Assembly: GCA_964016885.1 (NCBI GenBank)
Contig: OZ024757.1
Location: 39,432,001-39,496,000, forward strand
Length of the DNA: 64,000 bases
Direction of reading: 5' to 3'
Source: Eledone cirrhosa
Lineage: Eukaryota
Part shown: positions 57,620-64,000 of the stretch, piece by piece
How positions within the stretch are numbered: position 1 is the first letter of the stretch
Layout: each line of letters opens with the position of its first letter
The notes under the pieces: model-generated
Seen by the model: the letters and a program-made list of their open reading frames with translations, nothing else
What the model was told of the DNA's origin: nothing
Database searches by the model: none
Translations under genes and position numbers: made by a program

Positions 57620-58008
57620 TTCATCGTCATCATCATTTTACGTTCGCTTTTCTCTGCTTGCAAGGGTGGAACGGGTCTTATTCAGCACAGCATCTCTCGA
57701 CTTGTCACGGTCCTTCGTCATCTCCTCCGTGAGTTTCAGCAATCTGAGGTCCGCTCTCACCACCTCCGCCCATGTTTTTCGTGGTCTACCGCTACTGCGT
57801 CTTCATTCTCCTGGGATTTATTGGCACTTCTTTACCCAGCGGTCATCCTCCATGCGCACCACATGTCCATACCTTCTCTGTCTTCTCTCCTGCACACAAC
57901 AAATTATCCCTCTTATACCCAGTCTCTTTCTCAACTCATCTATGTTTGGTCGTTCACGTACATTGACATTGCACATTCAACGGAGCATGCTTGCTTCATT
58001 TCTCTCCA
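57620..58008 (-). mobile_element. RTE-clade LINE 3' fragment, same family as 15860-16373
   Basis: Reverse-complement similarity over about 380 bp; (TGA)n tail. Confidence 0.88.
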
Positions 58009-59725
58009 CCGTCGTATGTATATATAACTTTCAATGTTGGGTTAAATAAATAAATATTTGTTATTATTGTCTACTCGAGCAGGGTTGACCATACGTTTAA
58101 ACACAAAATTCCCTTTAAATTGTATAATACATCTTACAATCGATCAATAAGATCTCAGACCTCATTTGCTCAACGAGTGGGGTGGAGCTAATCAAATCGG
58201 ACCGAGGAAGCAATGTTTCCATTGGTCAATCAATTGCTGATACTATCTACCGGTCGCAAATCCCCGCAGAAGCGAAAGCGTGTAGCTGAGTGGTTGGAGA
58301 ATTTGATTCACAATCATCTGGTTGTGAGTTCGATTCCCGGACCGGACTGGCCGATGCGTTATATCCTTGAGCAAGACACTTTACTTTACTTTACTTTACG
58401 TTACATTGCTCCTTTTGCCTGTCTATATAATACATACATTTTATAAACTTAAACACTAGACGTCATTTGTTGTAGATACGAGATAGTTTTCCTATTTGAT
58501 TCCAAAAGACAAAATTTGTAGGGAAAAAATATTTAGTGGGACTTCTATTATCGATTTCAAGGAGTGAAAAAGCAAAATATATTTCTGTGTTTGAAATTCA
58601 GAATGTAAAGAAAAGTGAATACAATTCCATGAAGGTACTATACTCTTAATGTCCATTTCCCGCCACTCACTGTCGCCGCAGTACTTCAATTATTAATACT
58701 TGACAGTTTTGTGATATCATATCAATTTTAATTGTAATAATGCGGCGTGTTATAACAAAGCCTACACATACACACATACACACACAAGCACATACATCTA
58801 CCCTTCTTATCACACATATATAGATACATAGATATATCAATATATCTATACATATATATATTATGTATATACATATATATTATGTATATATATATATATA
58901 TATTTGTGTGTGTGTGTGTGTATATTATATATATATATTATGTATGTATATATATATATATATATGCGTATATATTATATATATATTATGTATATACATA
59001 TATATATATATATTATATATATATATATATATGTATACATTTATTCACGAGGTGTTTAGAGGCGGGGGTAAAGCGTTAAATTTGTGTAGCCAAGAACTGG
59101 AGTGTTTCCAATATTCTGATGATTCAAGTGGTTGTTAGTTTTATATTTCAAGAACGATACTACTTTCTAATATTTAAATATTTATATATTGATCGTTTCT
59201 TTTCGAAATCATTTAGTTATTTAATCTGATACATACACAGTAACGAGAAAATGAGACCGAGAGCGAGAGAAAAAGAAAGAGATTTAGTAGTTATATTTTA
59301 CTACTTTACATTATATATATATTTTGACTCCCTATATGAGGTTTCACACTTGATATTCAGCTTGTTAGCTTTGTTTACCTTTTACTTTTGGACCTTTGGA
59401 CCATAAAATAATTGCCATTGATGCATCAATGTTATTTAGTTTAATCAGTCACTTTTCCATTCTTTGAAAAATTTATAATTCACCAAAAAGTGTAAATATC
59501 ATTAGTATGCTCTCTTTTCCATGAGTTTGTAGGGTTTCTTTAAACATAGTTCCTTTCTTATTAATATGACCATAAACGGTCTTTAAACCATCTGCCTACT
59601 TACTGCGATCTAAATGAAGATAGCCATCCGCATGAACGAGCTCTCCGAGCTGGAAAGATTCTTTCACTGGTCATTCCCTAGGCCAGGTCAATCGCTATTC
59701 TGTCCACCGGTGTCATACAGAACCA

Positions 59726-59915
59726 ATAATTGTTTCTAAATTTGGCACAAGGCCATTAATTTTGTGAGAGAAGTGTAAGGGGTGATGGTGGTTGCAAATC
59801 AATAATGTCGACCCCAGTACTTAACTGGTACTTTGTTTAATCGATCACGAATGCATGAAAGTCAAAATCGACTTCGGTGGTATTTGAATTCAGAACGTAA
59901 AGAGCCGTGACTAAA
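59726..59915 (-). mobile_element. Older, diverged family A SINE
   Basis: Recognisable tail and central domain. Confidence 0.7.
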
Positions 59916-60668
59916 TACCGGACATGATACCGATCATTCTTACATAAGCAAAATCAAAGACCAAAAAACAACAAACCTTCCCCGTTAACGGTATTTCCTC
60001 CAGTTAATATAACAACTGTATAGCTTAGTTTTCTTCCAACAAAATGACGCCAAAGCAAATAATAAAACAATATAGAACAAATATAACAAAAAATAAAATA
60101 AAACAAAATATACAAGCTCATTTTTCCTTTTAGGTTTTCCCTTTTTTTTGCCTTTCTGCTATACGTATTTTTTTTTTTTTTTTTGTATTTTCGGTATTTT
60201 CTGAATCTATAAGACTACAAACACATTTTAAAATTGGATTCAAATAAAGAATAGCGTAAGTTGTGACTTAAAGTTTATTTACAATGTGCTGTTTGATTTC
60301 GGTGAAAAGACCACCCTAAAATACAATTGTCTTTTTGCGGCTTTACATCATGAGAAAACTAAACTGAAATACGAAAACATTGGCAACATTCCAAGATATA
60401 AGTGAGAAAGTTGTATTGCAAAACCTATGAACTTTAAAGTGGTCATCGACCAGGCGCAAATCAAATGGGGTTTTGGCATGTAATCAACTCGGAGATGATA
60501 TATCGTTGATTTGCGGCAAATAAGTGGCAAATGCTGGTTAGTTGTTGTTGTTGTGGTGGCAATGGTGGTGGTGGTGATGGTGGTGGTATTGGTGGTGGTA
60601 ATGTTAGTGGTGGTGTTATAAGATGTATCGTAATTTTGTATTTTGATTGAAAAGTGCTCGCGTGCCCA

Positions 60669-60735
<67 letters not shown>

Positions 60736-60789
60736 TTATATACATATATATACATGTATATATATATATACATGTATATATATATATAT

Positions 60790-60934
<145 letters not shown>

Positions 60935-60967
60935 CACACATATATATATATATATATACAAACACAC

Positions 60968-61132
<165 letters not shown>

Positions 61133-61181
61133 TATATATATACATATATATACACACATATATATATATATATATATACAC

Positions 61182-61214
<33 letters not shown>

Positions 61215-61261
61215 CACACACACATATATATATATATACACACACACGCACATATATATAT

Positions 61262-61292
<31 letters not shown>

Positions 61293-61337
61293 CACACACA
61301 CACATATATATATATACACACACACACATATATATAT

Positions 61338-61385
<48 letters not shown>

Positions 61386-62291
61386 GAAAACCGTACACTT
61401 GTAGACGAGTGTGCGTGTATGTGTACGTGTGTGAATGCGTTTATATGTTAGTGTGTGTGTGTATGTATGTGACATGTGTATAGCTTTCCATTTCCCCTTA
61501 AATATTATTGATGACGTAGTTTTAACTCCTATAATATATGAACGGACATTGTTCTGAGATTAAGGTTATCCCACAGAGATTTCTATAGCTATAATCCATT
61601 AATAGACGAAGGAATTATATATTAAACTTTGCCAGTATTGTCTACATAAGATAAAAATTAATGTAAAAACAAACCAACGCCACGAAAATGGAACTGTTCT
61701 CATATTATATTATAGCAAAGAATGTTATCGTGGTATCGTGCTACTGCAAAATAATAGATAAGCAATCGTTTGCAAACTGGAAAAACAACTGTAAAGGCTA
61801 AAAACAGCGTATAACTTCTCATGGAGCAATAAGTGAGCCTCTCTGTGGTCTATTGTTATGCTCGAAATAACAGTTAAATCTTACACTAGATTAGAATTAA
61901 AAGTATACTAGAGTCAACTAAAAATTTCATAGCCTTGACAATATACTCTCATGGAATGACCAAATGAGTTTTATTCTTCATCATACTCACCCGAAAGAAA
62001 CAATCGAGTTATTAACAAGATACAGCTGAAATTAATGCATGCAAGATTTCACAGCTCTAGAAACATCCTTCGTAGGTTAACCAAGTTCTTCTCATATATA
62101 TATATATATATATATATAATGCCAATCATTGTAAGTTTGAATCTAACTGACATGTAAGAACATAACAGAAAGAAAGAGAGAGATAGGGGGGAGAAATGAA
62201 GTGCAACAGAAGGGAACATGGATTACAGGTTAAAATATAGTCTAGATAGATGAGAAACAAAACGAGGATGTAGTTTATAGAACACCCAAAT

Positions 62292-62734
62292 GATTTATAA
62301 GTCGACCTTAAGTAGGAGCAATAACATTAAGAAAGACATGAACAGCACTACATCATTTTCTTTTGAAAATTTTGAAAGTAGGTTTATAAGTATCAATTTC
62401 AGTAGATGTTCGTAGTTGTCTCTGTGGCCTAGCGCTAAGTACAAGAGATGGTGGTGATCATGGTCTTGGGTTCAATCCTGGTCGAGAGGTATATGTAATC
62501 ATTTTCAAATTTTTAGTTTACATCCCATAGAAAAAAACTAAAAAGTTTTACCGGGAACACCTCTCCCGACCAGGATCGAACTTCAGACCAAGATCTCCAC
62601 CGACTATGACTCTCCCAAGCAGACCACCGAGACACTTACAAGAGTTTAATGAAAATTAATAATTATAAACCTACTTTCAAAATCATATTTAAAAAGATGA
62701 ATTATTATTCATATTTAGGGTCGACTTGTCAATC
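62292..62734. mobile_element. Foldback element with a tRNA-like segment in each arm
   Basis: AAGTCGACC/GGTCGACTT, ATTTTGAAAGTAGGTTTATAA/TTATAAACCTACTTTCAAAAT and GTTCAATCCTGGTCG/CGACCAGGATCGAAC nest symmetrically. Confidence 0.65.
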
Positions 62735-62815
62735 TTCTGGCTCTTTGGTAACACCCTTATTATTCCTATATGTGTTTAATTGTAGAATTAATTTAATTTG
62801 ATTAGTTTAACAAAT

Positions 62816-62884
<69 letters not shown>

Positions 62885-63824
62885 AACTTAGGCAATGTTG
62901 GGTCGTGTGAGATGGAAAGGTTTTATCATGTCACCACAAAAATTTAAAGAATTTAGAGGTGGTTGTTACTAGAATACACATGAAAATTCAATGACTATAG
63001 TTACGATAGCAATGTCTTGTCACATTCTGTATCACACTGAATCTCCCTGAGAACAACTTTAATGGCACACACGTGTCGATGGAATGCTCAACCACTTTAA
63101 TTTCACACACCAGGATGTTCCGTTGATCTAAATCTTCTTTATTCACACATCAAAATGTTGTGTTGATCACATAAACTGGAACCTCCTCGTCGTAACCGAC
63201 GGAGTGCCAGTACACTTAGTACCAGTAAACTTAATACTTTGTATATTGAATCCGTCTGTCTGTCCCTCATTACTATTTGTGTACATTTGATTAAAAATGT
63301 CTTCCACAACTACTAAATCTTCATTAGTCTTTGCCATTCCACATTGATCGGCATTTACTTACGTTTTGACAGATATCTCTGGAGAATTCGCAATTTTTGT
63401 GGCCTAAAACGGTTCACATTTGCATGTTTCACATTCCTTCGAGGTTAATAAATTCACAGCAAACATCAGCATCAATAATGAACTATAGCATCTATTGTTA
63501 ACACACACATATGTACATACACACATATATACATACATAGACATACAGATAGACACAGATACATACATACAGACGCAGATACACATACACAGATAGAGAG
63601 ACATACACATACACAAACAAACTCTCGTACATACATACATAGATACATACATACATACATACATACATACATACATACATACATACATACATACATACAT
63701 ACATACATACATACATAAATACATCCACAGGCATACAGATACAGACAGGCACAGTTACACAAACAGACATATATATATATATTTGTTTTGCAAGGTTTTT
63801 GATATAACAATATGTATATATATA

Positions 63825-63948
<124 letters not shown>

Positions 63949-64000
63949 AGATCAAAAGATGGTTAAAGGAGTTCTTATATTATGCATACTCCAGTCCCAC

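Overview
AT-rich, repeat-saturated eukaryotic (metazoan) DNA. It is most consistent with an octopus-like cephalopod genome; this is inferred from the SINE/LINE families and the extreme (TA)n/(CA)n/(GA)n/(CATA)n load, not from a search. Almost all ORFs in the track are microsatellite read-throughs, and I can support no complete host gene. Recognisable content: about 20 copies of a tRNA-derived SINE, a second SINE family, 3' fragments of RTE-like, R4/Dong-like and CRE-like non-LTR retrotransposons, one Penelope-like element (PLE) endonuclease C-terminus, a few MITE/foldback elements, and a 5x amplified promoter-like module whose first copy carries ATG+GTAAGA. The main signal is a dense set of short insertions (75-1200 bp) in (TA)n tracts, from about 8-10 sequence families. 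Many are hairpins (inverted arm + arm with tail) carrying type-I hammerhead ribozyme (HHR) folds that can be read by eye. Some cores are canonical (CUGAUGA, CUGAGGA); others are non-canonical and in some cases repeated across family copies (CAGAAGA, CCGAAGA/CCGAUGA, compensatory U3-A8 UUGAAAA). All folds were made by hand; no activity or database match has been tested.
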